Made by a program: the position numbers and the translations under genes | The notes under the pieces: generated by a model | What the model was told of the DNA's origin: nothing | Seen by the model: the letters and a program-made list of their open reading frames with translations, nothing else | Databases searched by the model: none | Assembly: GCA_030390025.1 (NCBI GenBank) | Contig: CM059431.1 | Coordinates: forward strand, 159,590,001-159,654,000 | Direction of reading: 5' to 3' | Length of the DNA: 64,000 bases | Source of the DNA: Squalus acanthias | Lineage: Eukaryota | Part shown: positions 51,101-64,000 of the stretch, piece after piece | How positions within the stretch are numbered: the stretch's first letter is position 1 | Layout: each line of letters starts with the position of its first letter

Positions 51101-53590
51101 AATGGAGTTTTTTACAATGTGTGCAGGACTCCTTTTTTGCCCAGTATGTAAAAAGTCTAACAAGAGAGGGAGCACTGATGTATCTAGTAATGGGGAATGA
51201 ACCAGAACAGATCAGAGAGGGAAGTGTAGAGGACCATCTAGGCAACAGCAATCACAACATAATAAGATTTAAAATAAAGATTCAGAAGGACATAAGACAA
51301 AGACAAAGTAGTAACTTGAGAAAAAGCTGATTTGAAGGGGATGAGAATGGAACGAGGGAAAATAAACTGTAAAATTTACTGACAAGCATAAAAATAGAAT
51401 ATCAGTGGAAAACATTTAAAACGGTGATCAATAGAGTCCAGGAGAAATATATCCCGCTAAAAAACAAGAACAAACTAGACAGTAACGACACACCATGAAT
51501 GAATAAATAAATAAGGACACAATTGAAACTAAAGAAAACGGCATACACTAAGTACAGAGACAAAAAATGAGAGGATGGCAAAAGGGAAGATGAAAATATG
51601 AAAAGGTTCGGAAATAAGTCAAAAAAACAACTAGAAAGACAAAGAGAAACAACGAAATAAAATTATCAAGCAATATAAAAAGCAATAGTAATATATTCTA
51701 CATACACATAAATAACCACAGGTAATGAAAGCAGAAATATTAAATAAATTCGTCTCGGGTGGTGGCGCAAAGTGGGCGGTATCAGATCGGCCGCCCGATA
51801 TACACAGCACCTGATATTCAATTCTACTGCAGTCAATGGAACTGAATATCAGGCGCTGCGTATAACGGGCGGCCGATCCGATACCGCTCATTTTTCGCCA
51901 CCACCCAAGACGAATTTTTAGGCCAGCAACTTTGCTTCATTAGTTACCAGAGAGATTAACTTGGTGGGCATGACATTGATCAAAAAAGATATAAAGACAT
52001 TTAAGATAGAAAGGGGGGAGATAATTAATAAACTAATCAAACTTAGGGAGGATAAACCGCTGGTCTGGTTGGATTGCATTCACACACATTATAATCTGTT
52101 TCAGAAGAGCTAACAGAGGCACTATTACCTATGTATTGAAAATAATTAGTACAGGGGAATAGTGTCAGGGGACTGGCGGACAGCTACTGTGATTCCGACA
52201 TGTAAAAAAGGAATTTGAACATGTCTCGGACATAGACCTATTATCTTAACGCCGGTGATAGTACAGGTAATGGAATCCTTATTAAAGAAGTAATAGAAAA
52301 TCTTCTGGAAACTGAAAATATAATAAAGAGTAGTCAGCACGGATTCCAAAAGGGAAGCTCACACTTGACCAACGTTATGGAATTCTGTGAAGAAGTAAAA
52401 GAAAGGGTAGATAAGAGATATGCAGTAGATGTAATATATTTGGATTTCCAAAAAAGCCTTCGATAAGGTACTGCAGAGTAGACTCATGAAGAAGGTCAGA
52501 ACATGGAGTCAGAGGACAAGTAGCAGAATGGATAGCAAGCTGGCTCCCAAATAGAAATCAGAGAGTAGGGGTTAAAGGTGAATACTTAGAATGCTGGGAA
52601 GTGATGTTCCATAAAGATCAGTGCAGGGACGACTGTTGTTCACCACTTACGTAAAATATTTGGACTCGGGAATCGGAAGTAGAGTCTCAAAATTTACGGA
52701 TGGCAACAAATTGGGAAAAGGGGGTGAATTTATACTGAGGAGTAATGCGACAAAATACAGGAGCACATTAATAAACTTGCAAAATTGGTGTGTAATTGGT
52801 AAATGAACGTTAATATAGATAAATGTGAGGTGAGACATTTTGATAGGAAGAATAAGCAGGACACATACTCCTTGGAAAATAAGTATCTAAATGTAGTAGA
52901 GGAACAGACGGATCTACGGGTACGGATACACAAATCACTATAAGTAGTGATGCGGATAATAAGGCCATAAAAGAAAACAAAGCACTGGGGTTCCTTTCTA
53001 GTGGGATAGAATTTAAAAGCAGAGAAGTTATGTTAAATTTGTACAGCACTTGGTTAGACCACAATTGAGGTACTGTGAACAGTTCCGGTCTGCATATTAT
53101 AAAAAGGTATAGAGGCACTGGAGAAAGTGCTAAAAGATAAAATACAATTATACCAGAACTCACCTAGCAGTAAAGATTCAACAGGCTGGGGCTCTTTTCT
53201 CTAGAAAAGAGAATTCTGAGGGGTGACCTGATAGAAATCTCTAAAATTATGAAAGGGTTTGATAGAAGAGACATAGAGAAGATGTTTCCACTTGCAGGCG
53301 AGAACAGAAATAAGGGCCATAATTATAAGATGGTCACTAATAAATTCAATAGGGAATTCAGGAAAAACGTATTTACCCAGAGAGCGGTTACAATGTGGAA
53401 CTCGCTACCTCATGGTGTAGTTGAGGAGAATAGTACAGATGCATTTAAGGGGAAGCTAAATAACCACATGAGGAAGAAAGGAATAGAAGGATATGTTGAT
53501 GGGGTTAGATGAAGAAAGGATGAGGCTCGTGTGGAGCTTAAACATCGGCACGGACCTGATCGGTCTAAAGGCCTGTTTCAGTGCTGCAAT
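48110..53590 (+). mobile_element. Near-full-length decayed CR1 LINE (5'UTR, ORF1, endonuclease, RT, tail) with nested SINE, CR1 tail and MITE
   Basis: ORF1-like MVVQVLCRDCDMW...CSKC...LECELETLRHI and GYSIIRG (GDSL-like). Endonuclease remnants VVGITET and DHLGNSNHNII; RT remnants 52100-53510. Insertions at 49195-49580, 49710-50270 and 51746-51924. Confidence 0.85.
51746..51924. mobile_element. ~180-bp hairpin MITE; close copy at 13149-13314, diverged relatives at 2034-2165, 15944-16104 and 36118-36291
   Basis: Almost wholly self-complementary (aaattcgtctcgggtggtggcg / cgccaccacccaagacgaattt) around a ...gcagtcaatggaac centre; ends in GGCC. Confidence 0.8.
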
Positions 53591-53599
53591 TAATTGTAA

Positions 53600-56500
53600 T
53601 ACATTTTAAGTGTAAGACAGCATTAGTACTGGAGGAGCATAGTCACATTTAATGTAAGTGTGGTGTAACACTAGCACAGGAAAAACATGTTCATCTCTCG
53701 TGTAAATGTAGGTTGCACCACTTGTAACAGATGAATATGGTAACTTCGACAGAAAGTGTCGGCTAGTACTCGTACCAGAAGAGCACGGTAACTCACTTTA
53801 AGTGTAGAGGTAATACTGGTACCGGAGAAGCACGGTCAGCTCTCGTATAAGTGTAGGGTACCACGAGCTTCGGAGAACAGCTACATCTAGTGTAGGGTAC
53901 CACTCGTACGGGAGAACTGTTACATCGAGTGTAGGGTACCACTAGTACCGGAGAACAGTTATCTCTAGAGTAGGGGACCACTAGAACTGGTGAACTGTTA
54001 CATCTACTGTCGGGTACCACTAGTACAAGAGAACTGTTATATCTGGTGTACGGGACCAATACTACCAGAGAACTGTTACATCTACTGTAGGGTACCAGGA
54101 TTACCATTGAAATGTTACATCTAGAGTAGGGTACCACTAGTACCGGATTACTGTTAACACTAGTGTAGGGTACCACTAGTACCGGAAAACTGCTACATCT
54201 AGGATATGGCATCACTAGTACTGGAGAATAGTTACATCACGTTTAGGGTACCACTAGTACCGGAGAACTGTTATATCTAGTGTAGGGTACCACAAGTACT
54301 AGAGAGCTATTACATCTAGTGCAGGGTACCACTAGTACCAGAGAACTTTTTATATCTAGTGTAGGATACCATTGGTACCAGAGATCTGTTACATCTAGTG
54401 TAGGGTACCACTAGAAAAGGAGAACTATTACATCTAGAGTAGGGTATCACTAGTACCGGAAAACTGTTAACACTAGTGCAGGATACCACTAGTACCGGAT
54501 AACTGTTAACAATAGTGCAAGATACCACTAGTACCGGAGAACGGGTACATCTAGTATGTGGCACCACTAGTACTGGAGAATAGTTAGAACAAGTTAGGAT
54601 ACCACAAGTACCGGAGTACTGTTATATCTAGTGTAGGGTAATACAAGTACCGGAGAACTATTACATCTCGCGCAGGGTACCACTAGTACCAGAGAACTGT
54701 TACATCTAGTTTGGGTACCCCAAGTTTCGGAGAACTGTTACATCTAGTGTAGGATAACACTAGTACCGGAGAACTGTTACATCTAGTGTAGGATAACACT
54801 AGTACCGGAGAACTGTTACATCTAGTGTAGGGTACCACTAGTACCTGTGAAATGTTACATCTAGTGTCGCGTTCCTCTAGTACCTGCGAACTGCTACATC
54901 TAGTGTGGATACCCCAAGTATCGGAGAAATGTTACATCTAGTGTAGAGTATCTCTAGTACCTGAGAACTATTACATCTAGTGTATGGTACCACTAGAACC
55001 TAAGAACTGTTACATCTAGTGTAGGGTAACAATAGTACAGGAGAATAGTTACATCTACTGTCGGGACTACAAGTACTGGTGAACTGTTACATCTAGTGCA
55101 GGGTACCAAAAGTACCGGAGAACTTTTACATCTAGTGTAGGGCACCACAAGTACCAGAGAACAGTTATATCTAGTGTAGGATAACACTAGTACCAGAGAA
55201 AAGTTACATCTAATGTAGGGCACCACTAGTACCAGAGAACAGTTACATCTAATGTAGGGTACCACAAGTACCAGAGAACTGTTACATCTAGTGTAGGCTA
55301 CCACAAGTACCAGAGAAGTGTTACATCTAATGTAGGGTACAACTAGTACCAGAGAACTGTCACATCTAGTGTAGGGTACCACTAGTACCGGAGAACTGTT
55401 ACATCTCGCATAGAGTACCACCAGTACCGGAGAACTGTTACATCTACTGTAGGGGCCACTAGTACTGCTGAACTGTTACATCTAGTGTAGGCTACTATTG
55501 AACCAGAGAACTGTTACATCTAATGTAGGGTACCACTAGTACCGGAGAACTGTTACATCTAGTGTAGGATATCACGAGTATCGGAGAACTGTTACATCTA
55601 TTGCCGGGTACCACTAGTACTGAGAACTGTTACATCTAGTGTAGGGTACCACTACAACCGGAGAACTGTTGCATCTAGTGTAGGGCACCACTATTACCAG
55701 AGAACTGTTACATCAAGTGTAGGATACCACTAGCACCGGAGAACTGTTACATCTAGTGTAGGCTACCACAAGTACCAGAGAACTGCTACATCTAATGTGG
55801 GGTATCACTAGTAGCAGAGAACTGTTATATCTAGTGTAGTGTACCACTAGTACCGGAGAACTGTTACATCTAGTGTAAGTTACCACTAGTACCGGAGAAC
55901 TGCAACATCTAGTGTAGGGTACCACTAGTACCGGAGAACAGTTACATCTACTGTAGGGCTCCACTAGTACCGGAGAACTGTTACATTTAGTGTAGGGTAA
56001 CACTAGTACCGGAGAACTGTTAGATCTAGTGCCTCTATTACCTGAGAACTAATACATCTAGTGTAGGGTACCACTACAACTGGAGAACTGTTACATCTAG
56101 TGTAGGGCACCACTATTGCCAGAGAACTGTTACATCTAATGTAGGATATCACGTGTATCGGAGAACTGTTACAACTAATGTAAGATATCACTAGTACCGG
56201 AGAAATGTTACATCTAGTGTAGGGGACCACGAGTACCAGAGAACTGTTACATCTAATGTAGGATATCACTAGTACGGGAGAAATGTTACATCTAGTGCAG
56301 GGGACCACTAGTACCAGATAACTATTACATCTAGTGTAGGGTACCATAGTACCTGTGAAATGTAACATCTAGTGTAAGCTACCACAAGTACCAGAGAATG
56401 GTTACATCTAATGTAGGGGACCACTAGTACCAGAGAACTGCTACATCTAGTGTAGGATACCTCTAGCACCAGAGAACTATTACATCTAGTGTAGGTTACC

Positions 56501-59500
56501 ACTAGTACCGGAAAACTGCTACATCTATGTATGGCATCACTAGTACTGGAGAAATGTTACATTTAGTGCACGGTTCCACTAGAACCTGAGTACTGTTACA
56601 TTTAGTGTAGGGTACCAATAGTACAGGAGAATAGTTACATCTACTGGAGCGGCCACTAGTCCTGGTGAACTGCTACAGCTAGTGTAGGGTACCACTAGTA
56701 CCGGAGAACAGCTACATCTAGTGTAGAGTACCAATAGTACCGGAGAATTGTTACATCGAGTGTAGGGGACCACTGGTACTAGGGAACTGCTACATCTAGT
56801 GTAGGCGACCACTGGTACTAGAGAACTGTTACATCTAGTGTAGGGGACCACTGGTACTAGAGAACTGTTACATCTAGTGTTGGATATCACTCGTACCGGA
56901 GAAAAATGACATCTGGTGTAGGGCACCACTTGAACCGGAGTATTGTTACATCTAGCGTAGCGTACCACTAGTACCTGTGGAATGTGGGATACAACTAGTA
57001 CCTGAAAACTGATACATCTAGTGTAGGGCAAGTCTAGTACCTGAGAACTGTTACATCTAGTTTGGGTACCACTAGTACCGGGGAACTGTGGCATCTAGCG
57101 TAGGGTACAACTAGTACAGGAGAACTGTTACATCTAGTGTAGGTTACCACTAGTATCGGAGAACTGTTACATCTTGTGTAGGGTACCACTAGTACCGAAG
57201 AACTGCTACATCTAGTGTAGAGTACCACTAGTACCGGAGAACTGTTACATCTAGTGTAGGGTATCACTAGTATCGGAGAACTGCTACATCTAGTGTAGGG
57301 TATCACTACTATCGGAGAAATGTTACATCATGTGTTGGGTACCACGAGATCCGGAGAACTGTTACATCTAGTGTAGTGTACCACCAGTATCGGAGAACAG
57401 TGACATCTAGTGTAGGGTATCACTGTACCGGAGAACTGTTACATCTATTGCAGGCTATCACTAGTACCGGACAACTGTTTCATCTAGTGAAGGGTCCACT
57501 GGTACCAGGGAATTGTCACTCCTAGTGTAGGGAATCACCAGTACTGGAGAAAAGTTGCATCTAGTGTAGGGTACCACTAGTACCGGAGAACTATTACATC
57601 TAGTGTAGGGTACCTCTAGTACCGGAGAACTGTTAACACTAGTGTAGGGTACCACTAGTAATGGAGAACTGTCACATCTAGTGTTGGGTACAACTAGTAG
57701 TGGAGAACCGTTACATCTAGTGTAGGGTACCACAAGTACCGGAGAACTGTTACATCTAGTGTAGGGTACTACTAGTACCAGAGAACAGTTACATCTACTG
57801 TAGGGTACCACTAGTACCAGAGAACAGTTACATTTAGTATAGCTTACCACTAGTACCTGAGAACTGTTATATCTAGTGTAGGGTACCACTAGTACCTGAG
57901 AACTGTTATATCTAGTGTAGGGCACCACTAGTACCGGAGAACAGTTACATCTACTGTAGGGTACCACTAGTACCAGAGAACAGTTACATTTAGTGTAGCG
58001 TACCACTAGTACCTGAGAACTTTTGCATCTAGTGTAGGGTACCACTATTACCATAGAACTGTTACCTGAAAACTGTTACATCTAGTGTAGGGTACCACAA
58101 GTACCGGAGAACTGTTAGATCTAGTGCAGGGTACCTCTATTTCCTAAGAACTAATACATTTAGTGTAGGGTACCACTACAACCGGAGAACTGTTGCATCT
58201 AGTGTAGGGCACCACTATTACCAGAGAACTGTTACATCAAGTGTAGGATACCACTAGCACCGGAGAACTGTTACATCTAGTGTAGGCTACCACAAGTACC
58301 AGAGAACTGCTACATCTAATGTGGGGTACCACTAGTAGCAGAGAACTGTTATATCTAGTGTAGTGTACCACTAGTACCGGAGAACTGTTACATCTAGTGT
58401 AAGTTACCACTAGTAACGGAGAACTGCAACATCTAGTGTAGGGTACCACTTGTACCGGAGAACAGCTACATCTACTGTAGGGCTCCACTAGTACCGGAGA
58501 ACTGTTACATTTAGTGTAGGGTAACACTAGTACCGGAGAACTGTTAGATCTAGTGCCTCTATTACCTGAGAACTAATACATCTAGTGTAGGGTACCACTA
58601 CAACTGGAGAACTGTTACATTTAGTGTAGGGCACCACTATTGCCAGAGAACTGTTACATCAAGTGTAGGGCACCACGATTACCAGAGAACTGTTACATCG
58701 AGTGTAGAGCACCACTATTACCTGAGAACTGTTACATCAAGTGTAGGGTTCCACGAGTACCAGAGAACTGTTACATCTAATGTAGGGTACCACTAGTACC
58801 GTAGATCTGCAGCATCTAGTGTAGGGTACCACTAGTACCAGAGAAATGCAACATCTAGTGCAGTGTACCACCAGTACCGGAGAACCGATACATCTAGTGT
58901 AGCGCACCACTAGTACTGGAGAACTGTTAAATCTAGTGTGGGTACCACAAGTGCAAGAGAACTGTTACAGCTAGTGTAGGGTACCACTAGTACCAGAGAA
59001 CTGCTACATCTTGTGTAGGGTACCACTAGTACTAGAGAACTGTTACAGCTAGTGTAGGGTACCACTAGTACCGGAGAACAGCTACATCTAGTGTAGAGTA
59101 CCAATAGTACCGGAGAATTGTTACATCGAGTGTAGGGGACCACTGGTACTAGGGAACTGCTACATCTAGTGTAGGCGACCACTGGTACTAGAGAACTGCT
59201 ACATCTAGTGTAGGGGACCACTGGTACTAGAGAACTGTTACATCTAGTGTTTGATATCACTCGTACCGGAGAAAAATGACATCTGGTGTAGGGCACCACT
59301 TGAACCGGAGTATTGTTACATCTAGCGTAGCGTACCACTAGTACCTGTGGAATGTGGGATACAACTAGTACCTGAAAACTGATACATCTAGTGTAGGGCA
59401 AGTCTAGTACCTGAGAACTGTTACATCTAGTTTTGGTACCACTAGTACCGGGGAACTGTGGCATCTAGGGTAGGGTACAACTAGTACAGGAGAACTGTTA

Positions 59501-62500
59501 CATCTAGTGTAGGTTACCACTAGTATCGGAGAACTGTTACATCTTCTGTAGGGTACCACTAGTACCGAAGAACTGCTACATCTAGTGTAGAGTACCACTA
59601 GTACCGGAGAACTGTTACATCTAGTGTAGGGTATCACTAGTATCGGAGAACTGCTACATCTAGTGTAGGGTATCACTAGTATCGGAGAAATGTTACATCA
59701 TGTGTTGGGTACCACTAGATCCGGAGAACTGTTACATCTAGTGTAGTGTACCACCAGTATCGGAGAACAGTGACATCTAGTGTAGGGTATCACTGTACCG
59801 GAGATCTGTTACATCTATTGCAGGCTATCACTAGTACCGGACAACTGTTTCATCTAGTGAAGGGTCCACTGGTACCAGGGAATTGTCACTCCTAGTGTAG
59901 GGAATCACCAGTACTGGAGAAAAGTTGCATCTAGTGTAGGGTACCACTAGTACCAGAGAACTATTACATCTAGTGTAGGGTACCTCTAGTAACGGAGAAC
60001 TGTTAACACTAGTGTAGGGTACCACTAGTAATGGAGAACTGTCACATCTAGTGTTGGGTACAACTAGTAGCGGAGAACCGTTACATCTAGTGTAGGGTAC
60101 CACAAGTACCGGAGAACTGTTACATCTAGTGTGGGTACCACTAGTATCGGAGAACGTTTACATCAAGTGTAAGGTACAACAAGTACCGGTGAACTGTGAC
60201 ATTATGTGCAGGTTACCACAAGAACCGGAGAAATGTTACATCTAGTGTAGGGTACCACGAGTACCAGAAAACTGCTACATCTAATGCAGAGTACCACTAG
60301 TACCGGAGAACTGATACATCTAGTGTAGGGGACCACTGGTACCGGAGAACTGTTACATCTAGTGTACGGTACCAATAGTACGAGGGAACTGATACTTCTA
60401 GTGTAGGATACTACTAGTACCGGGCACCTGTGACATCTAGTGTAGGGTACCACTAGTACCTGTGAAATGTTACATCTAGTGTAGGGTACCACTAGTACCT
60501 GTTACATTTAGTGTAGGGTACCACTAGTACGAGGGAACTGATACTTCTAGTTTAGGATACTACTAGTACCGGGGAGTGTGACATCTAGTTTAGGGTACCA
60601 CTATTACCTGTGAAATGTTACATCTAGTGTAGGGCACCACTAGTAACGGAGAAATGTTACATCTAATGTAGGGCACCACTGGTACCGAAGAACTGTTACA
60701 TCTAGTGTAGGGCACCACTAGTACCAGAGTACTATTACATCTGGTGTAGGGTACCTTTGGTACTTGAGAACTGTCACATCTAGTGTACGGTACCACTGGA
60801 ACCTGAGAACTGTTACATCTAGTAGTAGGGTACCAATAGTACAGGAGAATAGTTACATCTACTGTAGGGGACCACTAATACTGGTGAACTGTTACATCTA
60901 GTGTAGGCGACTACTAGAATCAGAGAACTGTTACATCTAATGTAGTGTACCACTAGTACCAGAGAACTGTTACATCTAGTGTAGGATATCACTAGTACCG
61001 GAGAACTGTGACATATAGTGTAGAGTACCACTAGTACTGGTGAACTGTTCCATCAATTGCAGGGTACCACTAGTACCGGGGAAACGTGACATCTAGTGGA
61101 GGGTAGCACGAGTACCGGAGAACTGTTACATCTAGTTTAGGGTACCACTAGAACCAGACAACTATCACATCGAGTGTAGGGTACCACTAGTACCTGTGAA
61201 ATGTTACATTTAGTGCAGGATACCACTAGTACCTGAAAAATGTTACATCTAGTGTAGGGTACCTCTAGTACCTGAGAACTGTTATATCTAGTGTGGGTAC
61301 CTCTAGTAACGGAGAACTGTTACATCTAGTGCAGTGTACCACGTGGACCGGATAACTGTTATATCTGGTGTAGGATACCACTAGTTACGGGGAACTGCTA
61401 CATTTAGTGTAAGGCACCACTAGTACCAGAGAACAGGTACATCTTGTGTAGCGCACCACTAATACTGGAGACTTTTACATCTAGTTTAGGGTACCATTGT
61501 AACTGTGAAATGTTACATCTAGTGTAGGGTACCACAAATACAGGAGAACTGTTAAATCTAGTGTAGGGTACCTCAAGTACGTTAGAACTGTTACATCTAG
61601 CGTGGGTACCACAAGTGCAGGAGAACTGTTAAATCTAATGTAGGGTACCACTAGTATTGGAGAACTGTTACTTCTAGTGTAGGGTACCACTAGAACCAGA
61701 TAACTGTTACATCTAGTGTAGGCTACAACTAGTACCGGAGAACAGCTACAACTGGTGTAGAGTACCACACGTACCGGAGAATTGTTACATCTACTGTTAG
61801 GGACCACTGGTACCTGTGAACTGTTACATCTATTGCAGGGTATGACGAGTACTGGAGAACTGTTACATCTAGTGAACGGACCACTGGTACCAGGGAATTG
61901 ACACTTCTAGTGTAGGGAATCACCAGTACTGGAGAAATGTTACATCTACTGTAGGGTACCATTAGTAACAGAGAACTGTTACATCTATTGTAGGGTACCA
62001 GTAGTGTACGAGAATAGTTACATCTCCTGTAGGGGACCACTAGTAATTGTGAAATGTTACTTCTAGTGTAGGGGACTACTATTACCGGAGAACTGTTAAA
62101 TCTAGTGCAGTGTATCACCAGATCCGGAGAACTGTCACTTCTAATGTAGGGTACCACTAGTACTGGAGAACTGTTACATCTAGTGTAGGGTACCACAAGT
62201 ACCGGAGAACTGTTACATGTAGTGTGGGTAACACTAGTGTCGGAGAACTTTTACATCTATTGCAGGTTACCACTAGTACCGGAGAACTGATACATCTAGT
62301 GTAGGGGACAACTAGTACCAGGGAACTGATACTTCTAGTGTAGGGTACTACGAGTACCGGGGACCTGTGACATCTAGTGTCGGGTAGCACTAGTACCGGA
62401 GAACTGTTACAGCTAGTGTCGTGTACCACTAGCACCAGATAACTGTTACATCTAGTGCAGGGTACCAGTAGTACCGTAGAACTGTCACATCTAGTCTAGG

Positions 62501-64000
62501 GTACCACTGGTATCCGTGAACTTTAAGTGTAGAATACCACTAGTACAAGCGAACTGTTACATCCGGTGTAGGATACCTCCAGTACCTGAGAAATGTTACA
62601 CCTAGAGCAGGGTACATCTAGTACCTGAGAACTGTTACATGTAGTGTGGGTACCACTAGAATCGGAGAACTTTTACATCTAGTGTAGGTTACCACAAGTA
62701 CTGGAGAACTCTAACATCTAGTGTAGGTTACCACAAGAACCGGAGAAATGTTACATTTAGTGTAGGTTACCACAAGAACCGGAGAACTGTTACATCTAGT
62801 GTAGGGTACCACTAGTACCGGAGAACTGTTACATCTAGTGTCGTGTACCACTAGCACCAGAGAACTGTTACATCTAGTGCAGGGTACCACTAGTACCTGT
62901 GAAATGTTACATCTAGTGTAGGGTACCACTAGTACCTGTGAAATGTTACATCTAGTGTAGGGTACCACTAGCACCGTCGAACTGTTACATCTAGTGTAGG
63001 GTACCACTAGTACCAGAGAACTGTTACATCTTGTGTACGGTACCACTAGCACCGTCGAACTGTTACATCTAGTGTAGGGTACCACTAGTACCAGAGAACT
63101 GTTACATCTTGTGTACGGTACCACTAGTACCAGAGAACTGTTACATCTAGTGTAGGATACCACTAGTACCGGAGACTTGTTACATCTGGTGCAGGGCACC
63201 TCTAGTACTAGAGAACTGTTACATGTAGTGTCGATACCACAAGTACCGGAGAACTGTTACATTTGGTGTCGGGTACCTCTAGTGCCTGAGAACTGTTACA
63301 TCTAGTGTACGGTACCAATAGTACAGGACAATAGTTATATCTACTGTAGGGACCACTAATACTGGTGAACTGTTACATCTAATGTAGGCAACTACTAGAA
63401 TCATAGAACTGTTAAACCTAATGTAGGATACCACTAGTACCAGAGAACTGTTACCTCTAGTGTCAGATATCAATAGTACCGGAGAACTGTGACATCTAGA
63501 GTAGGGTACCTCTAGTACCGGAGAACTGCTACTTCTAGTGTAGAGTACCAATAGTACCGGAGAACTGTTCCATCTATAGCAGGGTACCATTTGTACCGGA
63601 GAACTGATACATCTACTGTAGGGTACCACTAGTACCTGAAAACTGTTACATCTAGTGTAGGGTACCTCTAGTACCTGAGATCTGTTATATCTAGTGTGGG
63701 TACCTCTAGTACCTGAGAAATGTTACATCTAGTATTGGGCACCACAAGTACCACATAACTGTTACATGTATTGTAGGGCACCACTAGAAACGGAGAACTG
63801 TCACATTTAGTGTCGCGCACCACTAGTACTGGAGAGCTGTTACATCTAGTGTAGGGCACCACTAGAACAGTAGAACTATTACATCTAGTGCAGCGTACCA
63901 CTAGTACCTGTGAAATGTTACATCTAGTGTGGGTAACACCAGTATAGGAGAACTGTTACATCTATTGTGGTTACCACTAGTACCGGAGAACTCTTACATC
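53600..64000. repeat. Satellite array, 39-bp unit (CACTAGTACCGGAGAACTGTTACATCTAGTGTAGGGTAC), running off the window end
   Basis: More than 10 kb of tandem 39-mers, which produce the 13-aa PYTRCNSSPVLVV pseudo-ORFs. The first ~270 bp are longer, degenerate units. Confidence 0.98.

Noticed and set aside
53793..63901. Many minus-strand ORFs with 13-aa repeats (PYTRCNSSPVLVV)
   Set aside because: Artefact of a 39-bp unit divisible by three with one stop-free frame. The ORFs are broken constantly by indels and stops, and there is no splice or start context.

Overview
Eukaryotic, repeat-rich vertebrate DNA. The repeat content (CR1 LINEs, HE1/V-SINE and Deu-domain SINEs, Harbinger-type MITEs) points to a cartilaginous fish such as a shark; this is inference. 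The only host gene I can support is an apparently intact, spliced NOD-like receptor on the minus strand. I reconstructed it by hand with phase-compatible GT-AG junctions: exons 31812-31284, 25479-25310, 21872-21701, 21590-21525, 17889-16170, 10538-10452 and 10266-10075, with probable 3' exons 9732-9719 and 9279-9128. The protein (about 980-1030 aa depending on the 3' end) has a low-complexity N-terminus, a CARD-like death fold, a FISNA-like/NACHT module and a short LRR region. Candidate 5'UTR exons extend to about 45.3 kb, and a duplicated 44-nt exon/79-nt intron cassette flanks a 49-bp satellite array (39.6-44.4 kb). A related 39-bp satellite with higher-order duplications fills 53.9-64 kb, directly after a decayed near-full-length CR1. 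The rest is LINE, SINE and MITE debris. There is no prokaryotic system, CRISPR array or RNA gene that I can support.
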